Below, piece after piece: positions 27,062 to 39,100 of a DNA stretch of 64,000 bases; within the stretch, counting starts at the first letter, position 1; every line of letters begins with the position of its first letter. The position numbers and the translations under genes are program-made. Location: assembly GCA_040437565.1 (NCBI GenBank), contig JBDOQK010000055.1, positions 1-64,000 of the forward strand, in the 5' to 3' direction. The DNA comes from Albugo candida. Taxonomy: Eukaryota. The notes under the pieces were generated by a model. That model was given only the letters and a program-made list of their open reading frames with translations, ran no database searches and was not told the DNA's origin.

Positions 27062-27305
27062 TGGGTCCGTACCCAGATCAGTCGGTTAAGCACTTGAGCG
27101 CACGGACCCCGTGCCGGATGTCGTCAGTTCGATCCCCGGCAGTATGGGCAGCGGTTCGAGCCCACCCAAGCAAAAAGCTTGGAAAATATCTGCCTCCCCA
27201 GGTTTGAAGTCAGACTCAAGCGATATTCACACGGTCAGGGGCTCATGATAGGATAAGGAAGGTACTTAAAGAACCAGATAAACAGTGTAATGAAATCCTT
27301 GACAA
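27062..27305 (+). mobile_element. SINE-like element, copy 2
   Basis: Near-identical to 1741-1984 (one visible substitution). Confidence 0.8.
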
Positions 27306-27323
27306 AGTAGAAGTAGCATATTA

Positions 27324-27556
27324 GTTTCCGCTCCAGCTCAGTTGGTTGAACACGCGGACCCCCTGCCGGAGGTCAATAGTTCGATCCCTGGCAGTATGGG
27401 TAACGGTGTGAGCCCAACAAGCAAAAAGGTTGGAAAATATCTGCCTCCTCAGGTTCGAAGTCAGACTTAAGTGATATTAACACAGTCGAAGGCTCCTGAT
27501 AGGACAAGGAAGGTAGCTAGAGAACCAGATATAAAGTGTAACGAAATCCTTGACAA
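27324..27556 (+). mobile_element. SINE-like element, copy 3 (diverged, tandem with copy 2)
   Basis: CAGCTCAGTTGG A-box, GTTCGATCCC B-box, same body ending CCTTGACAA. Confidence 0.78.
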
Positions 27557-28317
27557 AGGAAGAGTATGCGGAAGTGGGTGCGGGAGCGGGCATCAAGCGC
27601 AGAGCTTTCGGTTGGGTGAGGTTGAGTGCGGGAGATGATACCAATGCTTTGGCCTCAGTCGCGGGAGGAAGCAGTGCAGTGAGACGGCGAGGTGCTGCAG
27701 GCCCAGCTGTGAGAGTCGACGCAGGCAGTGCTCGGTTATATTGCGCGAGAGGGAGGAGAGGATCACTAGTAAGTCGTAATTTCATGTAGCTAATTCGCAC
27801 GACATTTAGGTAGATCCAGAAAAGGCTACCTCAAAAGCTTCATCTTCAGGTAGTGTGGTAGAGTCCTTACTGATGAATATATATCATTTCGGGTCTCAAA
27901 GTCGAAAAAACAAAACAATGCGCTCGTTCTTAGTGAGGTTAGTATTGTCGACGCAGTGTCTAGAAGAGGTCTAATTGGGAATTTGGGCTGAGCGCAGTTT
28001 GTCAAAATGTATCCTTCATGTTCGAATAGAGTTGAGTGTCAGGGTACGAATCGCTAAACTGGAAGCTCAGTACCGTGACATTGGAGGAGCTCAAACTTGA
28101 TGATATGGGCCTGGGACAAGGGATGATTTTTGAAGAGCTGCCTACGGGTTGTTCTATTGTAAACTAAGATTTTCTTCTGCTGTACGCATGCAAAAGTCCG
28201 GGTAGAGGATCGATGTTNNNNNNNNNNNNNNNNNNNNNNNNNNNNNNNNNNNNNNNNNNNNNNNNNNNNNNNNNNNNNNNNNNNNNNNNNNNNNNNNNNN
28301 NNNNNNNNNNNNNNNNN

Positions 28318-29497
28318 GCAATTCTGAAAAAAGAAAAAGTTATGAGAGTAATAATTTAACTAGGCATGTTATAATAAAAAAAAAATTGTCGGGATATCAA
28401 TACCCTTTTTATTTTATTGTTTTCATTTCGTTGCACTTATTTAGACCAATAAGAGGCCACGGTTTTCATAAATGTATGAAGGGTGGGGGCTGATTTACGA
28501 TTCCCGTAATTTGTTTTTATTTCTTCTCTTGTATTTGTTTGAACCAATGAAAGGCCACAATCGCCCTTAATTTATGGAGGCTGAGTGCTGAATAACGACT
28601 CCCTTAGGAAATTGTTATATTCACTCCTTTTTCACTCCCTAATACGTCACGTGACCAGAAAAGCTAAATTGACTTGCTTCCGATTAAATTCACTCACGTC
28701 TACGTGATTGCTCCTCAGTAAGAGAACCTTTTTCCCTCTCCGTAAATTACCTTCCACCAACTTTAACTATGCAGCGTGAGAATGGTACTGTAAAGAGAGC
28801 GCTCATTGTAGCAAGGCAGTCATGCCAGAGCGGAGGCACATGGAAACAGACGCCATACTTTCTGTTTCTCAATACAGCGGATGCAACCGACTTGTCTTCG
28901 ACATCAACATTGAAGGCCTTGCTCCCACCGAACGATAACGGCATGTAAGGAGATGCTGCCATTCACGCAATAACAGAACACTGACGCGCAGCAAATGCCG
29001 GACCTCTGTGCATAGCTGACGCGATGAGCACTCCAGACATGCTATCTCTCCAAGAGGTCAAATATGGTAGCCGTGAAGAATTGCTTTCTGCAGCTCAGAA
29101 AGGGGCTCTTGGGCATGGATACGCAATGACTGCCAAACGTTAGGCTACCGGAAAAATGCATTCTTGAAATGTGGCCGTGGTGGTGCACACCTGTCCCAAG
29201 TATCAGAACGGAAGCTACAAAAAGCATCTCGGCGTATTCAATTCCCCTTTCTTCATTCAGCGAATTATCTATGTGTGTCCCGTGACTGAAAAATTAGTGG
29301 ATATAACAATTCCCTAGATATAAATAAGAAGTGTACATAGTATAATAATGTGTGCCGCTTGACTTGAAAGGGAGTGAATTTAACAAAACGGGGGTGAAGA
29401 TAACAATTCCGTAAATAAGAAGTATACATAGTGTAGTTATATGTGCCACCTGATTTTTAAAAGGGAGTGGATATAACAATTCCCTAAATTTACTGTA
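28318..29497. mobile_element. Tc1/mariner/pogo-like non-autonomous DNA transposon relic(s)
   Basis: Inverted repeat 28604-28631 versus 29460-29487 (25/28); right end ...ACTG|TA is the reverse complement of TA|CAGT; repeated subterminal GATATAACAATTCC-like motifs. Confidence 0.5.
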
Positions 29498-29592
29498 TCG
29501 ACGCACTGGTTTGAGATAATTGTAATGTACATTCATCATATGTGCGCGAACAATAGCAGAAGGAACAAGCATCCGACCTGGAATCAGCACAC

Positions 29593-29783
29593 TGTTCAAA
29601 GTAATGATGCCAGTGCAAATGTAGAAGTTTTATTCATTATTATCTACATGCTACGGCGGTTTCGTCTCTTCACAAAACATCCTCTTCGCCTGGTTTCTAC
29701 ACCGTTCAAGGATAGAAACAGCCGTTACTCCGAAGTGGTCGGCCGACAGCAACGCTGTGACAGCGACTGTTGCTCTTCCAATA
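29593..29783 (-). mobile_element. Putative 3' LTR of the Copia element
   Basis: Preceded by PPT GAGGAGGAA (29784-29792, minus); starts TATTGG, has AATAAA ~35 nt before a ...GAACA end. Confidence 0.55.
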
Positions 29784-29827
29784 TTCCTCCTCGGACGACG
29801 CACTTCAACCTGCCCACCTGCCCACAA

Positions 29828-30360
29828 TCACACAAGATTGAACAATCCCTGCAACTCCGTCACCCTCGGCGTCGACAGTGTTTTCGTCAACAGGTCCGCC
29901 TTCATTAGCTTCGACGCGATAAATTCAGGTTTCACTATCCCTTCTTTGGCATAATCGCAGATAAACTTCATTCGTACATCCACTTGTTTCGTACTTGACA
30001 TGCTTCCTTCACACTCTAACTGCCTGGTTGAAGCTGGATTACCCATAAGCATGCTCATTAATTCCTTCACAGGAAGACCAATCTCGTTTAGCATCTGTCG
30101 CAATCCCAACAGCTCCCTTCCGACGTGCGATGTCAAGGTAAATTTTGTCTCCATGGTGAACAGAGACACTCCAGTCTTTCTTTTGCATATCCACTGCACG
30201 ATCACTTCATTCATCACAAGTACCCCACCAGTTATTGCCTTGCGATTGGTTTTGTTTGCTGCGAAGTCTGAGTCGCTCCAGCTTGTCAACGTGATACCAC
30301 AATCTTGTGGGTCAATAATCGTGTAAATCTTCATGTCTTTTGTTGCTTTCAAGTATCGAG
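29828..30360 (-). mobile_element. Ty1/Copia pol C-terminus (end of RT + RNase H), truncated by assembly gap
   Basis: RYLKAT...SWSDSDFA..KTNRKAITG...VQWICKRKTGVSLFTMETKF...TKQVDVRMKFI...ADLLTK. Confidence 0.92.
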
Positions 30361-30460
30361 NNNNNNNNNNNNNNNNNNNNNNNNNNNNNNNNNNNNNNNN
30401 NNNNNNNNNNNNNNNNNNNNNNNNNNNNNNNNNNNNNNNNNNNNNNNNNNNNNNNNNNNN

Positions 30461-31319
30461 AGACGAGCGGCAGAGTTTGTGGAGATGAATCTCAGTCAGA
30501 TGGGTAAGGATGAACGACGAACTCGTATCGGATACAAGGATCAGGTACATTGCTCTTGTATGGCTAGGAATGCATCAGGGGAATGACGTCCAAGTGTAGA
30601 TGAAACAAAAGGCCTGTCGACTGATTGACCACACAGTAAGCAATTTAGATCTTCACGAAATAGTTGGAAATCGCGCCAAAAAGATGTTTGCCGAATTTCG
30701 AGATGTTCGCGAACATGTGCACCAATTTGAAGCGATGGTAGCCGGCTGTGTCATTGCAGCTTACATGGCCACAGGTCGTGAAATGTATACCGCTCAACAT
30801 GGCCTTTGCGTGGAAGTGGATCCATTCGGCAATTCTGTTCCTAGCAAACCTATCGATGAGACCAAACTGCATCCATTCACTTGTACACTCTGCGATATGA
30901 AGTTTAACGCTCGACGTGGAATGCAATTTCACAAATGCACAGGCCGACCCGATACAGTCAAAGTGGAAAATGGTTCTTTGGAGAATCTGACGCCTTTGGA
31001 CCTTCCGATGGAACTTCAGCCTATTGCTGTGATGCGTGATGGAAAGAAATGGTTCAAATGTCCAATTTGCGCTCGAATGTATGCCAAGGAAGAAAGCCTC
31101 CGCGAGCATATGAGCCGCCATAAGAATCAAAGCCAGAAGCGAAGAGAACACATAGAGACTAGTACTGTAGATCCCACTCGACAGCAGAAACGGACAAAGC
31201 TGGCATCAGCCAATCCATCTGTCCAAGTGAATAGAAATGAGCAGGTTATGTTTCGTGGCGCAGGTCGACGTCCATGGATTAAATATTTGCAAGAAGAGAA
31301 TAATATGAAGCGATTATAG
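30461..31319 (+). CDS. TFIIB-like cyclin-fold protein with two C-terminal zinc fingers (5'-partial; exons 30461-30544 and 30600-31319)
   Basis: Phase-0 GT..AG intron 30545-30599; ACRLIDHTVSNLDL..VGNRAKKMF...AMVAGCVIAA resembles the TFIIB repeat; FTCTLCDMKF....MQFHKC and FKCPICARMY..EESLREHMSRH fingers. Confidence 0.75.
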
Positions 31320-31584
31320 CCAATGGAAAGGTCATCTGATATTTGTATCCAATAGGAAGAGGTGCTTATTGCGTTTTTGTAGCCAATGGCAGATGCTTTA
31401 ACGATGATAATACCCAATAAACGTAATGCAAAGTTATCGATTGCCTGTGATATCGGTTAATTCCAAGATGTTATCTGTTGTTACNNNNNNNNNNNNNNNN
31501 NNNNNNNNNNNNNNNNNNNNNNNNNNNNNNNNNNNNNNNNNNNNNNNNNNNNNNNNNNNNNNNNNNNNNNNNNNNNNNNNNNNN

Positions 31585-32935
31585 ATACCGCCGCCTGCTT
31601 CCGCGATGCTGCGGGTTCCCGATGCTCCAGTTCCTCAATGAGTCTTGGATCACCGATATGGAAATTGAGGCTGTGGAGCTGGAGCTCGGGTGGAAATTTG
31701 AGTACCAAAGCTTGCAGAAAGTGAAGAAAATCCGAAAACAAAATAAACTCTCCGCTTCTGATACGTTTCGAGCACGCATGCAACGACAAAATGCTCCTTT
31801 ACGCGTTTCGGAAGAGACTGCAGCGTTTACGTTTAATAGAAAGCGTCAAAGTGCGATTCCATCGACTCGAACCATTGAGAGATGTCAAATGGATTGCTCG
31901 AGCGGTTCCGAACTCACGCAATTGAATGCGTTGGAAGGTGGCAAAGTTTCTCAGACAGAGGTTTTGGATAGCGAAAGTGCTGACGAAATACTTTCGAGTC
32001 TACTGAAACCGTTGGCAACGTGTCCGATTTTGTCAGAGAAACAAGTCGATGTCGGGGACGCTTCTCCTTCAGAGCCATCTGCGAATCTCCTTTCAGGCTT
32101 AACGTGTGAAGAGGTCAATTACGTCCGTCTTCAGAGTCGCGTGTACGTTGGTGAGAATCAAGAGAATAAGTCGACTTCATTTGATAAAGAGAACGCCTAT
32201 CTCCGTGGAAGCATCCTTTTGGACGCGGTGGCGCAAATGGAGAAATCATTGCGTCTTATCAAATACGCCAACGAACGATTATCTCCCAACAAAGTTCCAC
32301 TTTCTTTGACGCCTTCCCGTGTCCGACTTGACCGAAAATCGCATCGAATAAGACGCAATCGCGAGACTTCATTTGCGGTTTTGGACACGGAATTGGATCA
32401 CCTGTTAGCAAATTTGAAAGTGGCCAACGCCACAGACGTTCGAAATATCCAAACCGTTCAAAATGTACACCACGAGAAAATTCTCATCCAAAGTTTTATT
32501 GAGAATGAGAGAAGAGTTGTTGCAGAAGAACGATTGGCACAAGAACTTGAGCAACATCGCCATCGACTGAGTATGATTGCGTTGAAGAAATGGCCGCTTT
32601 CTGATGTTGTTGGGTCAAAGCGAGTGGTGTCGTTTGCGTCGCCGTGGCAGGAAAGAGACTACAAGGCAAAGAACTGTGATCTGACTTGCGTACGTGTGGG
32701 TCAAGTGGAAATGTTGGAAGATGCGGAAAATGATACTTTGACACATGTCAACTCGCAGCAATTAATGGTACGGACGGCAGAAATTCGAATGAATGCAAAA
32801 GAGAACCTTTTGGAATTGGAGAGATTTTGGAGAGGGTTTCAGCTTCAGGAAAGTGAGTGGGAAACAAAAAGGCAACAGGATCCGATTTCGCGGATTCGTC
32901 GACGGCTTCAAAGACGCTATAACGTGCAGGGATAG
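31585..32935 (+). CDS. Hypothetical protein (~440 aa; may start at ATG 31622 or within the gap)
   Basis: Long open frame after the gap; charged, with coiled-coil segments. Confidence 0.7.
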
Positions 32936-33060
32936 TGCGGGTGTCCAGTGGGTGTGCATTNNNNNNNNNNNNNNNNNNNNNNNNNNNNNNNNNNNNNNNN
33001 NNNNNNNNNNNNNNNNNNNNNNNNNNNNNNNNNNNNNNNNNNNNNNNNNNNNNNNNNNNN

Positions 33061-33162
33061 TTGAAGTCAGACTTAAGTGATATTCACACGGTCAGGGACT
33101 CATGATAGGATAAGGAAGGTAGTTAAAAAACCAGATAAACAGTGTAATGAAACCCTTGACAA
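33061..33162 (+). mobile_element. SINE-like element, copy 4 (3' part; 5' lost in gap)
   Basis: TTGAAGTCAGACTTAAGTGATATTCACACGG...CCCTTGACAA. Confidence 0.78.
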
Positions 33163-33185
33163 TCTAAACTAGACGCCCACAGACA

Positions 33186-33430
33186 GGGATGCCGTACCCA
33201 TTTCAGTCGGTTAAGCACTTGAGCGCACGGACCCCCTGCCGGAGGTCGTTAGTTCCATCCCCGGCAGTGTGGGCAGCGGTTTGAGCCTACCCAAGCAATA
33301 AGCTTGGAAAATATCTGCCTGCCTAGATTTGAAGTTAGACTTAAGTGATGTTCACACGGTCAGGGGCTCATGATAGGATAAGGAAGGTAGTTAAACAACC
33401 AGATAAACAGTGTAATGAGATCCTCGACAA
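33186..33430 (+). mobile_element. SINE-like element, copy 5 (tandem with copy 4)
   Basis: Full-length diverged copy. Confidence 0.8.
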
Positions 33431-34599
33431 AGTAGCATTGTTACTTCGAGAACAAGTATTGGACAATTTGAATACCTCATTCCAAAGTGTTTATGTGACG
33501 ACTTCTTAGACGCTACAATTATCCAACGAGCTGAAGCTAGATATTAAGTCTGTTTGTTCGCTCAGCAGTTGCGAGTCGTGGCCACAAGCTACATATATCC
33601 ATAATTGATGTGTCCCTTTCTCAGGAAAGCATTGTTCTTATCGCTAGGTAAGATCAGCAATAAAAGCGCTCTATTTGTCTCAACGCTCGTTTGTCAGATA
33701 TGCGGAGGCAATCAATGCCTAGCGACATATCGAGAAACCACATTTCGCAATGCGTTCTCAATGAAAGTTTTCCTGATCAACATGGCCAAGTACATTGTTC
33801 TATATAACCATCGAGGATTTCGCCTCTTTTGTTTCACAACATTTCACACGTCCGTCAATCGTTCAATAAAGCAGGAATGTACATGACGAATAAACAAAGC
33901 AAGTTTTGCATGAAACTTGCTTCTTCACCGCACCCTAATGTTGCTGGACTTTCATTTAGGATAGCTCTCGTCCGTACCGCTTGGGATTGATGAGTATCCG
34001 AATTAGCGAAACAAAAGTGCGCAGATAGACACCGATCAGGTTGGTTCTCGATAGCAGGCGTACTTTCTCATTTACTTTGAAAGCAAGGGAGGTACTTGCT
34101 ACCTTCTCGAGAACTTGTTAGAGTACTATCTGTTTGGCATTCCGAGCCTGATCTACTTTCCGTTATCAGTAAACGACTACNNNNNNNNNNNNNNNNNNNN
34201 NNNNNNNNNNNNNNNNNNNNNNNNNNNNNNNNNNNNNNNNNNNNNNNNNNNNNNNNNNNNNNNNNNNNNNNNNNNNNNNNTATCACAGCCAATCTGAATC
34301 TGAAGACTCTCATTATGACACGCATTTATGAAGAAAGATGTTCATCTAAACGGTAATACTTGCACGCCAAAATCAGCGTATACCACGAGAAGTCGTTACT
34401 ATTCTTCCATGCAGCAATGTACACAAAAATCAATTTGTCTGATTTCGTTTCGTCACACAATATTCCGCGCAAGAGGCACCTTATTTACAATCTCGTAAAT
34501 CGCAGCTTGTTATTCCTCCCCAAAAGGTCCAACGATATAATTCAGCTCGAAGCGGTATTTTGGCTAAAAACGTTCGCTTTCCTTCTACGCAAATGAGCT

Positions 34600-35615
34600 C
34601 GTAACGGAAGCTACGTTAATCAGGCTGGGTGACATATTAGCCTGCGTGCAGCAATCCATTGTGTTACTACACTTTTTCCATTATTTTGCGCGATTTGACG
34701 ATGCCTGAAGAAGTTGGACTTGTAAAGAACGAGCTAAGAAAGATTGAAGTGTGCTCTCGAGTTTAGTTAAACTTACGTGCTATTAAAGCATTAAGCTCTC
34801 GGAATATCGACACCATTTTTTATTTCGTCGATTATTATCTCCACATCGAGGACAGAAAGAACACGGTAATCATCTACTTGATTCCCTTCGATGAACCAAT
34901 GTCGGCTCGTCATGTGCAGAGAACCTTTCACCTTCATAGATGAGAACAGATCTTGAAGTATCCATTTCTGTCCACACAGTAGGGCGTGATACTTCTACCA
35001 AAATGGCATCCAAGATGAAAAATAAATTGCACAAACGACAGAGGGATAGCCTTCTGCAAGACATGGGAAGATGGTGGGCCCGCCTGGGATTCCGTCATTA
35101 TCCCGTACATAAAAAAAAACATTTTCGAGGACCCGAAGGGACACATCAGTGCTTATGCACCCCTCTGACAGTCTAGGTCTCAAAGCAAACTCAGGGACAC
35201 GGTTGTCGAGTATATCTAGTGAGAAAACATCTTTGCAATTTAACCACATTAGGTTTACGTTGTGCACATATAATTTCTCTTAAACCAGCTATCATTTGAC
35301 GTTATTCTACATCCAAAACGCTTTCCGCATGTTCCAGGTGCAAAATCAGTGTCTAATCTCAATAGCCGCCTGGTAAGCTGCATGAGTAATTATAAAATAA
35401 CGTCTTCCGTGCCGTCAGACAGCGTCTCGAGGGGTCCGCTTCCATGCGTGATCGATAGGCTTGCAGGTTTTGTGCAAGTTCTGCACTTCTTGAATGGAAT
35501 CCAGATTTCTGCGGGGAAGCAAGATTGATAATTACAAGTATAGATGGGCGCAGTATACGGATAGAAGGCGTGCGATGATGAGTGGTCGGGCCGTGTAAAG
35601 ATAAAAAACACGCAT
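34600..35615 (-). pseudogene. Decayed secreted-protein gene with N-terminal CxxC (CHXC/CCG-effector-like)
   Basis: ATG 35615 MRVFYLYTARPLIIARLLSVYCAHLYL* (eroded signal peptide), then after a frameshift FKKCRTC; the downstream part has a diverged paralogue at ~40.7-41.5 kb. Confidence 0.4.
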
Positions 35616-35699
35616 TGGAAGGGTGAAAAGTGTTTACTTTAGACTACCAGGAAAAATGAATTATGCAAAATACGTCTGAGCAGAGGGAAGTTGCGATTT

Positions 35700-36134
35700 T
35701 CACATCGGAACGGAGCAACTACATTTGGATAGCACATACCAGTACGACAAGTGGCTCTGACTTAGGTGATGACCAATATCGATGCCACAGTAACCTGGAG
35801 ATCGTGCACAGATCAAAATGTCAGCAGTGTTTGCTCCTCGGAGGTATTTTTTGAGGAGTTCCGTGTATCTCGGGTTGCGAACTTTGAACTGCGCGATTTT
35901 CGTTTCGATGATTTTCAGTACTTCCGTTTTTTGAGAACGACTTGCAGCGCGCTTCCATTTGTCTATAAGTAAATTTATCACACCATTATCGTCAGGTCGA
36001 CGTTGACATGTGGTGTCACAGGTATTCTTAGGAAACGCTGGGGCTCCACGTGAAAGCTGAACATTCTCCTGCGTTGTCAGAGTGGATAAATTGACCAGGA
36101 GTACAGTAAGTGACAAAGCTCTGATCATTAGCAT
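35700..36134 (-). CDS. Small secreted protein, candidate effector (~144 aa)
   Basis: MLMIRALSLTVLLVNLSTLTTQ signal-peptide-like start; Inr/FPR TCACTTTGCAATTC at 36151-36164 (minus) just upstream. Confidence 0.65.
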   Translation of the reverse strand: MLMIRALSLTVLLVNLSTLTTQENVQLSRGAPAFPKNTCDTTCQRRPDDNGVINLLIDKWKRAASRSQKTEVLKIIETKIAQFKVRNPRYTELLKKYLRGANTADILICARSPGYCGIDIGHHLSQSHLSYWYVLSKCSCSVPM

Positions 36135-36150
36135 TGTTGTGAACCTTGTA

Positions 36151-36164
36151 GAATTGCAAAGTGA
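36151..36164 (-). promoter_or_regulatory. Oomycete Inr/FPR core promoter
   Basis: TCACTTTGCAATTC, 16 nt upstream of ATG 36134. Confidence 0.6.
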
Positions 36165-39100
36165 ACAGATAATACGTCTCAATTGTAAATCATAAATCAA
36201 AAGTGCTGCGTATAGGATACATGTGGACGCTTTCTTCCCACTCTTTCTCTTCGTAACGTACCTTTCAAACGTGCGTTGGTAATTTTCTCGAGTATGGAAC
36301 CTAACCATCCTCTACCACCTGTTGCATCTATTCCCGTATCACATGATACTCCTTGTATATGTATGACGCATTGATTTATTGGATGCGTTCCGATAATATA
36401 AGAATCCCTAAAATCTGCAGACTCACATTGAATTCTCTTGGATGAATAAACTAAGCTTGATAATCGATCAGCTTGATGTTGGATGAGTCAAAAACCTGTT
36501 TTTCCTATTAGCCGTATTGTGACTTTCGTAATCCCAACGATGGATATGACGATATCGTTAAGGTGAAGGTATACCGAATTGAGCAGCCAAAACATGGCTT
36601 TTTTGCGTTACATACCATATATTGCTCTATTCCATATTGATTGATGGTTCCTATGAGTGCTGCCAAGTTGTTCACCTAACACACATATGATTCGAAATTC
36701 CGAAGAATACATGTGTTCAAGTTTCTGTAAACCTGAATTCGTAGGTGTATCTATAATCACGTGTAAGAAATGAGTATTCAGTGAGAACATCCTTCTTGAC
36801 TGTCGTCTTTGAGGAACATCTGTTTGCAATAAATTTCCATACAAACTGAGAATATGGCTTTCCACAAATTCTCACGAATAAATGACCGCGTCTGAGCTTC
36901 GGGTAATTTTGGATACGATTCTACAGCGCCACGTAGCTCCAGTTTTTTCAACTTGGTGATTGTCACATTCGATCTCCATTTGAGCATGCATTGATACATC
37001 TTATAGACAGCGTATGTCAAATTTGCTAGCTGCATTATACAAGATAGCTAGAAAATGGCGCTACGGTTTGCATACTAGTCTCTCCACATATTCTTATATT
37101 GTTTTTTGTAAGAGGTCTGGATGCTCCAATCTGCGTTGTTCTTGTGCTTTTCCATTATATCCTCTTTGATAGCGACAACAAAATTTTGGACGAGCGATTC
37201 GTATTCCCACAATCTTACTTTTTCGTTTCCTGTAATTGATTCACTAAGATAGACTTATTTCCAAATCGCTTTTGCTCTCCCATACCTCTGATTCTCATCC
37301 CAGGAAATGTCTTGTACACATGTGCACTTTGGCCTTCAATGTCATATTTGCGGCAAAGTAATTCTCGATTGTACAATTCGAATTGCATACTGGGAAAAAC
37401 ACGTTAATACCAAATGCTCCCTGCTGCAGGAACTTTTTCCACATACTTTGAAATGTTCAGTACGCATGAGCAAGCCGACGGAATTCGATACTTGCGAGAT
37501 ATCCTTCAAAACGATCCGAAAATTCGTATCGCATCTTGTATGTCGTTCGGATGTTGTAAATGTCTTCCTTGAGTCGTATGGGTGTACATGATCCCAGATT
37601 ATCGTGTTAGTACGCCTCGATCGCGCGGATCGGCTTCATTGCAGCTTGAAAATATTGAATCGTGCTATCGATATATTATAAAGACGTTGATTCAGTTATA
37701 GCGTAACAATATTGGCGTACGTTTGATGACTCCTATCTTAGCATAAGACGTGTGGATCAGTGATGAAGAAGAAAGTATGGGGCATCGATACCTAAGCCCT
37801 GCAGCGAATGAACTGGATGGCAGATATAATCAGTTTCTTTTCAGAAACATGCCTATTAATCTCACAATCAAAATCCTCACAATAGGAAGAACGTTCAGCA
37901 TGAATTATTGCGATCGTGGTGTTTTGATTGTGAAATAAACGCTCCGATGCGAATTTATTGTTCTTGTGAATCAAAAGAAGAATAGAACTGCTTAGGAGGA
38001 TTCAAAGCGTTTTGATTGCGTTGATGTAGAATGGGAGGAGGTCCAGGATCAGTCAAACGATAACTTTTTCGTTTACGACAGGGATGGCATCACGGAATGA
38101 ATGCGAATGGATCGATGCTTCAGGGAAGACTTGTGACTGATTGCTTCTCTTACTTGATGGGAAAGACATCGCCGCTTTAATTGACAGAAATTGTACATGG
38201 CATCTGAAAGATGCGAAGGTCAGTCCGGTTTATGACAGCACCTCGAATAGGAGTGCATTCAGAAGTACTGAAGTGCAGGTCTATGATATCAAAATTGGCG
38301 ATAGTGTCCGAGCGGACTGGCGTTAAGACTGACCAATTCGTGACACAAAGAATAGCAGTAGTTTCTAGATGATTTGTGTATTGTTATCACGTGGTTTGAA
38401 ATTGTGCTGCTGGAAGAATCATCGGAATATGGTGAAGATTTCGCAGCAACGTCTGGCAAGAGTAGCGCGAAAAAGATGACGGGTTGGTATAGTGAGATGG
38501 ACTGGAATACTTACATCTCTCCTACACACCTTCGAATTACCCGATGTACCAGTTTTCTCTGGATGCGTCATTCGTGCGCTTTTGTAACATTTGTGAACTT
38601 CGTACGATTACGGATTCATGGTAAATGACGTTCGAGTGCAGGCGTTTTGTTAACTCAAACATTGCATACATCGTTTTTGGTCACATAATCCCTTCAGGTA
38701 GTAAGATACAGGTTTCTCGAAATAGAAATTAGATACTGCTTGTTTGCGTTGTTTCGTTTCATGATGGATTACCCGAGTTCGTTCTTATCTGAAAAATTCA
38801 GTACGATCAAATTAATAATGCGGCTGTTAGGAAAGAGTGTGCTCAAAGGCTCCTTATCACGAGTTAACCACAACTTCGCAAATTTCAAACTCGACAATTC
38901 TCTTGGGATCTAAATCGTGCATCCATGAGATCAGTGACATGATTTCTTGCAGACACAACACAATGTTGCGTTCATGAAGCATCTCAGCTTCTTCAGCGAT
39001 GTTTTGTTTGCTATCGAGCTCATCGTTTGTACCGAAGTATCCTTTCTTTCGATATTGCATTTGCACTAGTAATGTAATCGACAGATCGCATTAATGCGCT

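Noticed and set aside
24986..28217. Protein-like ORF pieces at 25-26.4 kb and 27.6-28.2 kb
   Set aside because: No consistent frame or recognisable family; possibly decayed gene or TE sequence
30361..30550. Copia ORF extending across the gap, or a Copia-TFIIB fusion
   Set aside because: Artefact of translating through Ns; the two sides are different contigs on opposite strands
36135..36308. N-terminal extension of the 202-aa ORF
   Set aside because: The Inr/FPR promoter and signal peptide favour ATG 36134
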